64,000 nucleotides of DNA from Blastocladiella emersonii ATCC 22665 (lineage: Eukaryota; Fungi; Blastocladiomycota). Below are positions 12,101-24,700 of this stretch, in pieces. The translations under genes were made by a program, and so were the position numbers. The stretch's first letter is position 1. Every line of letters starts with the position of its first letter. The notes under the pieces are model-generated. The model did not search any database and was not told the origin of the DNA. It was given only the letters and a program-made list of their open reading frames with translations. Location of the stretch: assembly GCA_025594325.1 (NCBI GenBank), contig JANHCV010000001.1, positions 4,650,001 through 4,714,000 on the forward strand, in the 5' to 3' direction.

Positions 12101-15100
12101 CCGCTCGACGACATTGTGACGGACGTGGTCGCCTTCATGCAGCACCAGTCGGGCGACATTCGGTTGCTGGCGTGCTCGCTCATGCGCGACATCTTGGCCG
12201 TCCGCCGCGCGAGCGTTCCGCCGCCCATCATGCTCCACTTTGCAGACCTCGCCCTCGCACTGCTGCCGACGCTCACCCGGCCGACGTCGACTTCCGAGAC
12301 GCTTCTCCTGCGCACGGTCGCAATCACGGCGCTCCATTGCCTCGAGAAGCTCAGCTCGCTGCCGTGGACGACAGGCTGGCTCGAGTCCAAGTTTGAGCCG
12401 CTCGGCTGGATGCAGCGCCTGGCCATCATCGTCAACGACTTCCAAGTACGTCGCGCCGCTCCGTCGACCGCTCACGAAGCACGACTGATCTGGAACATGA
12501 GCACCTGTAGTACGCGTCCACGACTGCGCTCGTCGACCGGCTGACAATTGTTCAGCATCGAAGCCAAGTCGGCGGTGCCAAGGTGCGTCCATCACCTTGC
12601 CCACCCGCTCCGGCGATTCCTAACCCACGTTTCGCGCTGATTTCGTAGAAATTCCTCGAGGACTACTTCAAGACCGGCTCAACGGCGCTCATGCGGAACA
12701 AGCGGAGCAGCACCGGGCCCATCCTCATGAACCCGATGCCCGTGGCCGAGACGGCGAGCCAGGCGTCCAAGGTCGACGACCGGTCGATTGCCTCGGAGGT
12801 CGAGCTCGGGAACCAGGTCCTGCTGCGCGCGCTCGACGTGTGGGATGTGCTCGTCAAGCTCTTTGGCGAGAGCCACACGGACGCGCACCTCCAGTTCCTG
12901 CTGCAGGTGACGTGGGTGCCGATCTCGGACGAGGGGGTGATGCAGGTGCTCGGCCGCGTCATCAAGCTCATTGACAAGGACCCGGTCCTCGTGCTCAACA
13001 CGTACACGAACGAGCTCATCACGGCCATCCTGCGCAAGGCCAGCTCGGCGATCCCGGTCGTGCGCACCGCCGCCGGCCAGGTCCTGTTCGCCATGTTCCG
13101 CTCGTGCCACCGACTCCAGCAGTCGGCGGCCACGCCGGCCCTGCGCCGCGCCTTCGCCACGTTCCGGATCCACGTCACCGTGGCCATCGCGCAGTTCCAG
13201 GACGGCGGCCTCGAGAACATTGCCAAGTGCTGGGACGACATTGCCCTGCGGTGCGAGCACTGCAACGATCAGGCCTTCCGCGACACGGTGCGCGTCTCCA
13301 TGACTTGATCTCAGCGGTGATCGCTCACTCTGCTCCCGATGTAGATGCGCGCGTCGAGCGTGCTGCTCAGCGAGGTCATCCGCAACCAGATCAAGCTCGA
13401 GACGATCCCGGACCTCGAGTCGCGCCTCGACTGCTACCGCGAGATCGCGAACCGATACCATAACACGCCCGACATGCGGCTCTGCACGCTCGAGACTATG
13501 GTATGCGCCTATCCCAACCGGCTCGTTCGCGCCAATCTGACTCTCGTGTGGAACTGTAGGCGGGTCTCTACCGCGAGCAAGGGAACTATGTCGAGTCAGG
13601 CCTCGTGGAGCTTCATGCCGCGGCGCTCATCGCCGAGTACCTCGTCTCGCAGACGCCCAGGTACGTGGGACCCAAGGGCGCCAAGGACTTTGCCGCGTGC
13701 AACCCGAACGTGGCCGAGGAGGCTCTGCAGCCGTCAGTCAAGTCGGACGGCATCTTTTCGAGCGACGCGTTCTCGGAGGACGGGCTGCTCGTGTTCCTGA
13801 ACAAGGCCGTCGAGTCGTTCACGAAGGCCAGCTTCTTCGAGATGGTCAACGAGGTCAATAAGCTCGTGATCCCGGTGCTCGAGGCGCGCCGCGACTGGCA
13901 GGGCCTGTCCAACGTGCACCAGGCGCTGGCGACGACGTTCTCGACCCTCGTCGCGAAGCCCAACCGCATGATCGCCACGTACTACCGCGTGCGGTTCCTC
14001 GGCTCGGCGTGGGAGGAGAACAACGGCGTCGAGTTCATCTACCGCGAGAAGGGCGTCTGCGTGCTCCCCGAGTTCGTCTGCAAGCTCAAGGTAAGCATCT
14101 CCGCAGCTCTTGTGCCGCCGCATTGTCGCGCTAACCAACCACTGGCACTCTCGCGTGTAGGCCAGCTTCGCGTCACTCGGCAGCCGGTTCGAGGTGCTAC
14201 AGGACTCGGGCAAGATCGACGAGTCGAGGCTCGACGCGACGCGCGCGTACGTGCAGGTTACGCACGTTGAGCCCTACTTTGGGGACGCGGCCGTGTATCC
14301 GTCGGGGCCGCCGGCGTCCGTGTACGACCAGCATAACCGGCTCGCCTCGTTCCTGTACATGGTCCCGTTCACGGTCGGCGGCCGCGCGCACGGCGACATC
14401 GCGTCGCAGTACCTCCGCCAGGTGATCTGCCACACCGAGCGCCCGTTCCCGTACATCACGAAGCGGCTGCGCGTCGGCCGCCGCGAGGAGACGGTGCTCA
14501 ACCCGCTGCAAGTCAGCACGCAGGCGCTCAACGCGCGGTGCTCGCGGCTCAAGCAGCTGCTGCACGCGGTCCCCGTCGACGCCAAGTCGCTACAGATGGT
14601 GCTGTCGGGCTCGCTGCGGCCGCAGGTCAACTCGGGTCCGGCCGAGATTGCGCGCGTGTTCCTTTCGCCAACGCCGGCGCCAGGCCAGAACTCGCCCGTG
14701 TGCGCGTACAGTCCGGCCGACCTCGAGGAGCTCCGCGTCGCGTTCCGCACGTTCCTGCGGCTCAGCGAGGTCGGCGTCACGATGAACCGGCAGCTCATCT
14801 CGCACGGTACGTGTAATTGCTCTTGTTACCTCAGCTTCGTCGCTGACGCAGTCTGATCGTACAGATCAAGTCGGGTATCAGGAAGACCTCGAGAACGGCT
14901 TCCACGAGCTCTCCGAGCAGCTCCAGCCGCTCCTCCAGGCGACCTCGGCGCGGCAGAAACTCGCGCTCAAGTACGTGACCTTCTTCCTTCATCCGCGAGG
15001 TTCACTGCTGACTTGTTTCTGTTCGCCTAGCTCGGACATTGACGCGCCAACCAAGTCGGTTGTCGAGTTCCTTGGGTCGCAAGGCGACATTGCGAGTTTC

Positions 15101-15112
15101 TTGTTGAGCTAG
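9170..15112 (+). CDS. DOCK-family (zizimin, DOCK-C/D-like) Rho-GTPase GEF with C2/DHR-1 and DHR-2 domains; about 11 short introns
   Basis: Exon 1 is 9170-9577 and intron 1 is 9578-9648. DHR-1-like SPVMDDEIQCRLLP and TLGGYAHLPLL. DHR-2-like YREQGNYVESGLVELHAAALIAEYL, TYYRVRFLG, EFIYRE, YVQVTHVEPYF, LQMVLSGSLRPQVNSGP, DQVGYQEDL. No SH3 domain seen. Confidence 0.92.
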
Positions 15113-16397
15113 ACTATCAATGGATACACTGTATTGCTGAGTATCATGCAAAATCGCCGAGGTGACCCATGTCTCGCACCATCACGTGATAAATTGACGC
15201 GCAACGCGTGGTGCGAGACATTTTTCGAGCAAAGCGGACTCGAATCGCACAGGCTTCATCGAGCAATCCTCCTTCCCCAAGTTCGCTCTCAGAGCTCTAT
15301 GCAATCATAAACTCTTGGCACTAGCTGCAACCGACACTGCTCGACTGAACCCACCAATACATCACCATGGCTCCGCCGCTCGCGTCGTGGTTCTCGCGGG
15401 TCAACCGCATCCGCGGGACCATCTGGATCCTCAAGAACACGGTCATGCTGATCAATGTTCTATCGCTGGTACGGTTCAGCGAGCGGGCTGGCGGCTCAGG
15501 ACGGTGGGTAACACGGTGTAGGTCTCGTCGGTCGGGTTCTTTGCCGTGGGCATCTACGGCTACTCGGACAGCTCGGTCGTCGGCATCGTGTCCTCGTCGC
15601 TGCCGCTCGCGTGTATCATCCTCGGCATCATCGTAGCGCTCATCTCCCTCATTGGTACACGAACTCGTCGGAATCGCGTCGTCGCGACGGAGATCTGACA
15701 CTGCGACTTCCACAGGCGTGTTCTCGGTCGCAAACGAGTCGGCACTTTTCATCCGCGTCTACTTTGCGCTCCTGCTGCTCCTGATCCTCGCCGAGATCAT
15801 CATCGGCGGCGTGGCCTTCAGCCACAAGGACAACGTCGAGCTGTACCTGACGCAGGCGTGGACCAACGCCTACAAGACGGACAAGTCGACGATTGCGCGG
15901 CTGCAGGGGTTCTTCGGGTGCTGCGGGTTCCGGACCGTCGACGATATGGCGGTGCGCGACAAGTGCATGACCATGGTCCCGTGCTACACTAAGGTCAAGC
16001 AGCAGTTCCTGACGGGCCTTAACACCATGGCCACGGTCGCCGTCACGCTCGGCGTCATCGAGCTGTTCTGCCTCCTCGCCGCCGGCCTGCTCGTCTTCTT
16101 CTCGCGCCTGTCCGAGGACGCGCGCAACTCGGAGCTCCTCGAGGAGGCCCGCAAGCTCAGCCTCGCCGAGCAGGAGCGCGCCAAGTCGAAGCGGTACAAC
16201 TTCGAGACGCCGTTCGAGGACGGTGACGATTGAGCGCCGGACCGGTGGGCTCGCGATCACCATGGCCGCCGCCGAGCGGCCCCTGTTCATTTGTGATTCA
16301 TTCCTCCGATAACCAATACATCCACGTTCCCCAGATCAGATGTTTCTCGTTCAGCTTGCGGTACCGTGTAACGTGCTCTCACATCAAGGATCCGGCC
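9607..16397 (+). repeat. Left arm of ~6.8 kb inverted repeat
   Basis: Every ORF here has an identical mirror ORF with coordinate sum 35153 (e.g. 9832..10866 / 24287..25321 and 15652..16233 / 18920..19501). Boundaries were checked base by base. Confidence 0.97.
15367..16233 (+). CDS. Tetraspanin (copy 1); two short introns
   Basis: Four hydrophobic segments; large extracellular loop with GFFGCCGF (CCG motif) and two further Cys (RDKC...PC). Confidence 0.9.
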
Positions 16398-16574
16398 GAC
16401 GCGTCGAAGGCGAACGCGTGAAGTGTGCGCCAGCTCGCGTGCACTCGGGCGAGTACTGCCTCGCGCTGACTCAAGAACGACCGAGATCGAACAGCGTGTA
16501 CGAATCAAGCAAGTGGATCATCGCAAATCATGGTTTATTACACGTTCACTCTACGGGTATCAATCACACGCCGC

Positions 16575-18449
16575 CTACACGCGCTTGTTGCGCGTCGGCG
16601 ACGACGGGCGCTTCTGGTGCTGGCCCTGTGGCTGCGCCGACGTCGGGCGCGCATTGACAGCCGGGGTCGCCTGCGCCTGCTTCGTGACGGGCGCCGGCGA
16701 CGACGCGCGCTTGGCCTGGGGCGACGCGGGACGCGCGGCCGCGGGAGCCTGCAGCGGCTTGGCCTGGGGCGCCTGAGCTTTGGGCGCGGCGACGTTGCCG
16801 CCCACGACGGGGCGCCGCTGCTTGGCCGGGGCCGCCGCGGCCTGCTTCGCGGGCGGCGAGACGGGGCGGGCGGCGGCCTGGACTCCGGGCTTCGCGGCAA
16901 CCGGCGTGACCTTCTGCTGCTGCTGCGCGGCGGGAACAGCCTGCTTGGTGGGCGGCGACACGGGGCGAGCAGCGGCGTAGGCCACGGGCTTCGCGGCGAC
17001 CGGTGCGGCCTTCTGCTGCTGCTGGGCGACAGGAGCAGCCTGCTTGACGGGCGGCGAGACAGGGCGAGCGGCGGCCTGGGTCGCCGCTGGGACGGCCTTC
17101 TTGGCCTGCTGCGGCGCATTCTTCTTGGACTGGACCGACGGAGGCGCCGTGGCGGCAGCCTGCTGCTGCTGCTGCTTGCGGATCGGGGCCATCATAGTGT
17201 TGTACTGGTTCTTGGCCGCGGCGGCGAACTGCTGCGACGACGGGATGCGGGGGACGGGGAGCTCGGCCGCGAGCCACTGCGGGACGCGCTCCATGTCGAA
17301 GAGCCACGCGCCCGAGTGGAACGCGTCGTCGTGGTGCTCGGGTACGGGCGTCGCGCGGTACACGGTCGGCGGGTGGTTGTGCTTGACGGGGACGGGCGTG
17401 GCCGTCTTCGAGGATTTGCCGGCGAGCTGCTGCTGCTGCTGCTGCTTGGGCGCGGCCGAGACGGGCTTCGCGGTGGCCTTGGCCGCGGTCGTGGTCGTAG
17501 ACGCCGGGCGCGCGACAGGCGCGGTGGTCGGGCGAGCCGCGGGAGCGGGGGCCGGGGCGGCGGCGGCGGGCGCCTTGCCCTGGAAGTACTGCGGCTCGGC
17601 CGCGTACGCCGCGCGCTTCTGCTCCTGTTCGGCCTTGACCTTGGCCTGGTACACCTGCAGGTGGTTCTGGTGCGCGACGGCGGCCTGGGCGGTCGCGGGA
17701 CGCGCCGTCAGGAACTCGCCCTTCTGCATCGCGGCAAATTGCGCCTCGAGCATGGCGAGCATCGCGGCCGTAGCGGCCGACTGCGCGCGCACGGCGGGAG
17801 ACGGGGCGGGCGCGGCGGCCTTGGTCTGCTGCACCTGCTGCTTAGCGGGAGCCGCGGCGGGAGCAGGCGCGGCCGCCGTCTTCTGCTGCTGCTGCTTCTG
17901 CTGGACGGGCGCGGTGACCGGCTTAGGCGCCGGCGACTGCTGCTGCTGCTGCTGCTTGGCCGGCGCCGCAGCGGGGACGGGCGTGGCCTTGGCCTGCGAC
18001 TGCTGCTTCGGGGCCGGGGTGGCCGACTGCGCGCGCGCAGCGGGGGCCGCGGCGGGAGCCGGCGCAGCCTTGGTCTGCTGCTGCTTCTGCTGGAAGGGCG
18101 CGGCGGCCGGCTTGACCGACGACGACTGCGGGCGGGCAGCGACTGGGGCGGGCGCGGCGGCGGCGACCGTGGCGGCGGGGGTCGCCGACTTCTGCGCCTG
18201 CTGGGGCGACGCCGGGCGGGAGCCGGGCTTCTTGGCCTCCTGCTGCTGCTGCTGCTGAACGGGCGCGGCGGCGGCGGCCTGGGCCTGGGCGGGAACCGGC
18301 TTCGCAGCGGCAGCGGCGGCGGCGGCCTGCTTGGTGGCGGGCGCCGACGACTGCGGGCGCGCGGCGGCCTGGGTCTGCTGGCCCTTGGCGCTGTTCGCCT
18401 GGAGCGGGGCAGCCTTGGGCTGGGCGGACGAGATCTGGGTGCGGCCCAT
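16575..18449 (-). CDS. 624-aa intronless Gln/Ala/Pro-rich low-complexity repeat protein in the palindrome spacer
   Basis: Long ORF with GC3-biased codons, polyQ tracts, recurrent RP-x-S/T motifs and three ~34-aa ARPVSPP repeats. Short unique core HDDAFHSGAWLFDMERVPQWLAAELPVPRIP. Confidence 0.8.
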   Translation of the reverse strand: MGRTQISSAQPKAAPLQANSAKGQQTQAAARPQSSAPATKQAAAAAAAAKPVPAQAQAAAAAPVQQQQQQEAKKPGSRPASPQQAQKSATPAATVAAAAPAPVAARPQSSSVKPAAAPFQQKQQQTKAAPAPAAAPAARAQSATPAPKQQSQAKATPVPAAAPAKQQQQQQSPAPKPVTAPVQQKQQQQKTAAAPAPAAAPAKQQVQQTKAAAPAPSPAVRAQSAATAAMLAMLEAQFAAMQKGEFLTARPATAQAAVAHQNHLQVYQAKVKAEQEQKRAAYAAEPQYFQGKAPAAAAPAPAPAARPTTAPVARPASTTTTAAKATAKPVSAAPKQQQQQQLAGKSSKTATPVPVKHNHPPTVYRATPVPEHHDDAFHSGAWLFDMERVPQWLAAELPVPRIPSSQQFAAAAKNQYNTMMAPIRKQQQQQAAATAPPSVQSKKNAPQQAKKAVPAATQAAARPVSPPVKQAAPVAQQQQKAAPVAAKPVAYAAARPVSPPTKQAVPAAQQQQKVTPVAAKPGVQAAARPVSPPAKQAAAAPAKQRRPVVGGNVAAPKAQAPQAKPLQAPAAARPASPQAKRASSPAPVTKQAQATPAVNARPTSAQPQGQHQKRPSSPTRNKRV

Positions 18450-18755
18450 GGTGATGGATGCGTGTTACAGGTGGAGGGTGATCCGAACGAGCAGGTCGAG
18501 GAAGGGCGGGGAGGCGGGCTCGCTTTATACGCCGCGGCCGGCCGTACTGCATGCACCGAGTGTGTGTGTGGTGCTCGATCAAAAGCGTCTCCCGCACAGC
18601 TGACTGACTGGCAGTGCGGAGGCAGTCGGTTCGCTGCGGAGTGGCGTCGACGCGTGCACCGGCCGGAAACGTGACCGCGTCGAGTGTGAGACATCGTGTG
18701 AGACAGTCGTGTTACTTCAAGCCACTCGCACATCTGAACGAGCTTTTGATGTATT

Positions 18756-21700
18756 GGCCGGATCCTTGATGTGAGAGCACGTTACACGGTACCGCAAGCT
18801 GAACGAGAAACATCTGATCTGGGGAACGTGGATGTATTGGTTATCGGAGGAATGAATCACAAATGAACAGGGGCCGCTCGGCGGCGGCCATGGTGATCGC
18901 GAGCCCACCGGTCCGGCGCTCAATCGTCACCGTCCTCGAACGGCGTCTCGAAGTTGTACCGCTTCGACTTGGCGCGCTCCTGCTCGGCGAGGCTGAGCTT
19001 GCGGGCCTCCTCGAGGAGCTCCGAGTTGCGCGCGTCCTCGGACAGGCGCGAGAAGAAGACGAGCAGGCCGGCGGCGAGGAGGCAGAACAGCTCGATGACG
19101 CCGAGCGTGACGGCGACCGTGGCCATGGTGTTAAGGCCCGTCAGGAACTGCTGCTTGACCTTAGTGTAGCACGGGACCATGGTCATGCACTTGTCGCGCA
19201 CCGCCATATCGTCGACGGTCCGGAACCCGCAGCACCCGAAGAACCCCTGCAGCCGCGCAATCGTCGACTTGTCCGTCTTGTAGGCGTTGGTCCACGCCTG
19301 CGTCAGGTACAGCTCGACGTTGTCCTTGTGGCTGAAGGCCACGCCGCCGATGATGATCTCGGCGAGGATCAGGAGCAGCAGGAGCGCAAAGTAGACGCGG
19401 ATGAAAAGTGCCGACTCGTTTGCGACCGAGAACACGCCTGTGGAAGTCGCAGTGTCAGATCTCCGTCGCGACGACGCGATTCCGACGAGTTCGTGTACCA
19501 ATGAGGGAGATGAGCGCTACGATGATGCCGAGGATGATACACGCGAGCGGCAGCGACGAGGACACGATGCCGACGACCGAGCTGTCCGAGTAGCCGTAGA
19601 TGCCCACGGCAAAGAACCCGACCGACGAGACCTACACCGTGTTACCCACCGTCCTGAGCCGCCAGCCCGCTCGCTGAACCGTACCAGCGATAGAACATTG
19701 ATCAGCATGACCGTGTTCTTGAGGATCCAGATGGTCCCGCGGATGCGGTTGACCCGCGAGAACCACGACGCGAGCGGCGGAGCCATGGTGATGTATTGGT
19801 GGGTTCAGTCGAGCAGTGTCGGTTGCAGCTAGTGCCAAGAGTTTATGATTGCATAGAGCTCTGAGAGCGAACTTGGGGAAGGAGGATTGCTCGATGAAGC
19901 CTGTGCGATTCGAGTCCGCTTTGCTCGAAAAATGTCTCGCACCACGCGTTGCGCGTCAATTTATCACGTGATGGTGCGAGACATGGGTCACCTCGGCGAT
20001 TTTGCATGATACTCAGCAATACAGTGTATCCATTGATAGTCTAGCTCAACAAGAAACTCGCAATGTCGCCTTGCGACCCAAGGAACTCGACAACCGACTT
20101 GGTTGGCGCGTCAATGTCCGAGCTAGGCGAACAGAAACAAGTCAGCAGTGAACCTCGCGGATGAAGGAAGAAGGTCACGTACTTGAGCGCGAGTTTCTGC
20201 CGCGCCGAGGTCGCCTGGAGGAGCGGCTGGAGCTGCTCGGAGAGCTCGTGGAAGCCGTTCTCGAGGTCTTCCTGATACCCGACTTGATCTGTACGATCAG
20301 ACTGCGTCAGCGACGAAGCTGAGGTAACAAGAGCAATTACACGTACCGTGCGAGATGAGCTGCCGGTTCATCGTGACGCCGACCTCGCTGAGCCGCAGGA
20401 ACGTGCGGAACGCGACGCGGAGCTCCTCGAGGTCGGCCGGACTGTACGCGCACACGGGCGAGTTCTGGCCTGGCGCCGGCGTTGGCGAAAGGAACACGCG
20501 CGCAATCTCGGCCGGACCCGAGTTGACCTGCGGCCGCAGCGAGCCCGACAGCACCATCTGTAGCGACTTGGCGTCGACGGGGACCGCGTGCAGCAGCTGC
20601 TTGAGCCGCGAGCACCGCGCGTTGAGCGCCTGCGTGCTGACTTGCAGCGGGTTGAGCACCGTCTCCTCGCGGCGGCCGACGCGCAGCCGCTTCGTGATGT
20701 ACGGGAACGGGCGCTCGGTGTGGCAGATCACCTGGCGGAGGTACTGCGACGCGATGTCGCCGTGCGCGCGGCCGCCGACCGTGAACGGGACCATGTACAG
20801 GAACGAGGCGAGCCGGTTATGCTGGTCGTACACGGACGCCGGCGGCCCCGACGGATACACGGCCGCGTCCCCAAAGTAGGGCTCAACGTGCGTAACCTGC
20901 ACGTACGCGCGCGTCGCGTCGAGCCTCGACTCGTCGATCTTGCCCGAGTCCTGTAGCACCTCGAACCGGCTGCCGAGTGACGCGAAGCTGGCCTACACGC
21001 GAGAGTGCCAGTGGTTGGTTAGCGCGACAATGCGGCGGCACAAGAGCTGCGGAGATGCTTACCTTGAGCTTGCAGACGAACTCGGGGAGCACGCAGACGC
21101 CCTTCTCGCGGTAGATGAACTCGACGCCGTTGTTCTCCTCCCACGCCGAGCCGAGGAACCGCACGCGGTAGTACGTGGCGATCATGCGGTTGGGCTTCGC
21201 GACGAGGGTCGAGAACGTCGTCGCCAGCGCCTGGTGCACGTTGGACAGGCCCTGCCAGTCGCGGCGCGCCTCGAGCACCGGGATCACGAGCTTATTGACC
21301 TCGTTGACCATCTCGAAGAAGCTGGCCTTCGTGAACGACTCGACGGCCTTGTTCAGGAACACGAGCAGCCCGTCCTCCGAGAACGCGTCGCTCGAAAAGA
21401 TGCCGTCCGACTTGACTGACGGCTGCAGAGCCTCCTCGGCCACGTTCGGGTTGCACGCGGCAAAGTCCTTGGCGCCCTTGGGTCCCACGTACCTGGGCGT
21501 CTGCGAGACGAGGTACTCGGCGATGAGCGCCGCGGCATGAAGCTCCACGAGGCCTGACTCGACATAGTTCCCTTGCTCGCGGTAGAGACCCGCCTACAGT
21601 TCCACACGAGAGTCAGATTGGCGCGAACGAGCCGGTTGGGATAGGCGCATACCATAGTCTCGAGCGTGCAGAGCCGCATGTCGGGCGTGTTATGGTATCG

Positions 21701-24700
21701 GTTCGCGATCTCGCGGTAGCAGTCGAGGCGCGACTCGAGGTCCGGGATCGTCTCGAGCTTGATCTGGTTGCGGATGACCTCGCTGAGCAGCACGCTCGAC
21801 GCGCGCATCTACATCGGGAGCAGAGTGAGCGATCACCGCTGAGATCAAGTCATGGAGACGCGCACCGTGTCGCGGAAGGCCTGATCGTTGCAGTGCTCGC
21901 ACCGCAGGGCAATGTCGTCCCAGCACTTGGCAATGTTCTCGAGGCCGCCGTCCTGGAACTGCGCGATGGCCACGGTGACGTGGATCCGGAACGTGGCGAA
22001 GGCGCGGCGCAGGGCCGGCGTGGCCGCCGACTGCTGGAGTCGGTGGCACGAGCGGAACATGGCGAACAGGACCTGGCCGGCGGCGGTGCGCACGACCGGG
22101 ATCGCCGAGCTGGCCTTGCGCAGGATGGCCGTGATGAGCTCGTTCGTGTACGTGTTGAGCACGAGGACCGGGTCCTTGTCAATGAGCTTGATGACGCGGC
22201 CGAGCACCTGCATCACCCCCTCGTCCGAGATCGGCACCCACGTCACCTGCAGCAGGAACTGGAGGTGCGCGTCCGTGTGGCTCTCGCCAAAGAGCTTGAC
22301 GAGCACATCCCACACGTCGAGCGCGCGCAGCAGGACCTGGTTCCCGAGCTCGACCTCCGAGGCAATCGACCGGTCGTCGACCTTGGACGCCTGGCTCGCC
22401 GTCTCGGCCACGGGCATCGGGTTCATGAGGATGGGCCCGGTGCTGCTCCGCTTGTTCCGCATGAGCGCCGTTGAGCCGGTCTTGAAGTAGTCCTCGAGGA
22501 ATTTCTACGAAATCAGCGCGAAACGTGGGTTAGGAATCGCCGGAGCGGGTGGGCAAGGTGATGGACGCACCTTGGCACCGCCGACTTGGCTTCGATGCTG
22601 AACAATTGTCAGCCGGTCGACGAGCGCAGTCGTGGACGCGTACTACAGGTGCTCATGTTCCAGATCAGTCGTGCTTCGTGAGCGGTCGACGGAGCGGCGC
22701 GACGTACTTGGAAGTCGTTGACGATGATGGCCAGGCGCTGCATCCAGCCGAGCGGCTCAAACTTGGACTCGAGCCAGCCTGTCGTCCACGGCAGCGAGCT
22801 GAGCTTCTCGAGGCAATGGAGCGCCGTGATTGCGACCGTGCGCAGGAGAAGCGTCTCGGAAGTCGACGTCGGCCGGGTGAGCGTCGGCAGCAGTGCGAGG
22901 GCGAGGTCTGCAAAGTGGAGCATGATGGGCGGCGGAACGCTCGCGCGGCGGACGGCCAAGATGTCGCGCATGAGCGAGCACGCCAGCAACCGAATGTCGC
23001 CCGACTGGTGCTGCATGAAGGCGACCACGTCCGTCACAATGTCGTCGAGCGGGATCGCGTGCTCGCTGCCGGCCAGGATCGACAGGAAGTCGAACTTGAG
23101 GGCAATCAGCGTGCTGTTGCTCTTTACGTCGATCGGGCTCGAGTGCAGGCGGGCGAGGCCGAGGATCACGTCGATCGGGATCAGCGGGACCAGGTCGCGG
23201 ATGAAGTACGCGAGCGACACGTTCAAGTCCTTGGCCATGTTCAGGCCGCTGGATGCCTTTTTGTGAACTACACGGAGCGCGGTTAGTTCTTGCTTGCGCA
23301 AGAGCGAGGAGTGATTGAGTAGGAAACGCACCGAGCGGCGAGATGAGCGACACGAGACGACGGATCGCTGCGACGTCGATGGGCTCGGCACACGTCGAGC
23401 TCTTGGCCGCGATCGACATGCTCTTGATGATCGAGTCGAACACGGAAGCGGCGACGCCGAGTCCGAGCTCGGACCACTGCGCCGTCGATGGCGAGGCCGG
23501 AGCGAGGGCGGACGTCTCGAGGATGGTGCACCACGCCTTGGTGACGCCGGCGTGCGCGTCCGCGGACGTGAGCATCGTGGCCACGTAGCGGTGGACGAGA
23601 GACGGGACCGGGACACCGCGACGAACCGCATCGTCCGTGAGAACGCGGTAAACGTGAAGCAGAGCACGCATGGCCGCGTCGTGCGCGACGATTCGCGCCG
23701 AACCAGCTGGGCCCACCGGGCCGAGCTTCGCAAACACGCGATCGAGGACGAGTACGTTGAACTTGGTGAGCTCCTCGAGGCGCGCGTTGAGGACGACGAG
23801 CGGGTCGGCCTGCTCGAGCGGCGCGGCGACAAACGCGTCCAGGTGAGGGTCCTGCACGACGAGCGAGCTCTCGATGTGGATGGCCACCGTGAACGAGTCC
23901 TTGCTCGACTCGGTGCTGCCCGACGAGTGCGCGCCGTCGGGGCTAGGGTGGCCTGACTCGCGCGGATCGCCGACGTGGACATGGAGCGTGTACTCGCCGT
24001 TGTCGATGAACTTGTTGGCGGCGTTCAGGAGCGGGAGGTGCGCGTAGCCGCCGAGCGTCTACGAGAGCGACGGTCAGTCATGCCCAGTCACCTCGAGTAA
24101 CCTCGACCCGAGACGCACCAGTTGGCCGGGCTGCTTGTCCTTGCAGCTGACGTGGTAAAAGGTGAAGCGCAGAACGAGCGGCTCGCTAGTCGGCAGCAGG
24201 CGGCACTGGATCTCGTCGTCCATGACCGGCGACTACAATGACAAGAGTCCGAGGTGGCGTGAGACAACGAACTGTGCAAGCGAGATTCAAGAAATTACCT
24301 TCTCGTGATACGCGACATTGGTGTACGCCTTGGACTTCCAGGCCGACTCGTGCGGGCGGCCGACGATGGACGCGACTGGTTCCATGGCCTGGTTGCACAC
24401 CTCGACGCAGCACGTCATGTTGCGACCCTTGCCCTTCTTCTGCACGAGCTGCTGCGGCCGGATGAAGAGCGAGTGCGAGATGGTGGACGAGCACAGCGGC
24501 TGCACCGAGCCGAGGGCGGGCGCAAAGTGATGCGCGAGGCCCTGCACCGGGGTCGCGCCGGTGCTGGTCGGGCGAGCGAGGCGATCGTGGACCGAGAGGA
24601 GCGGGAGCGACTGCTCGTTGTCGACGATGGCCGACTCGAACCGGATCACGCACGGGCTCGCCTTTGGCGACGCCGGCGAGGCACCGTCGCCCGTGCTCGT

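Noticed and set aside
16530-18674. 714-aa Gly/Arg/Leu-rich ORF and 404-aa Cys/Ala-rich ORF on the plus strand
   Set aside because: Antisense shadows of the Q/A/P gene; CTG runs read as poly-Leu or poly-Cys.
16398-18755. Mating-type-style flip-flop expression switch
   Set aside because: No HMG or homeodomain gene is present. Because 6.8 kb of identical sequence flanks both sides, inversion would leave the central gene's local context unchanged.
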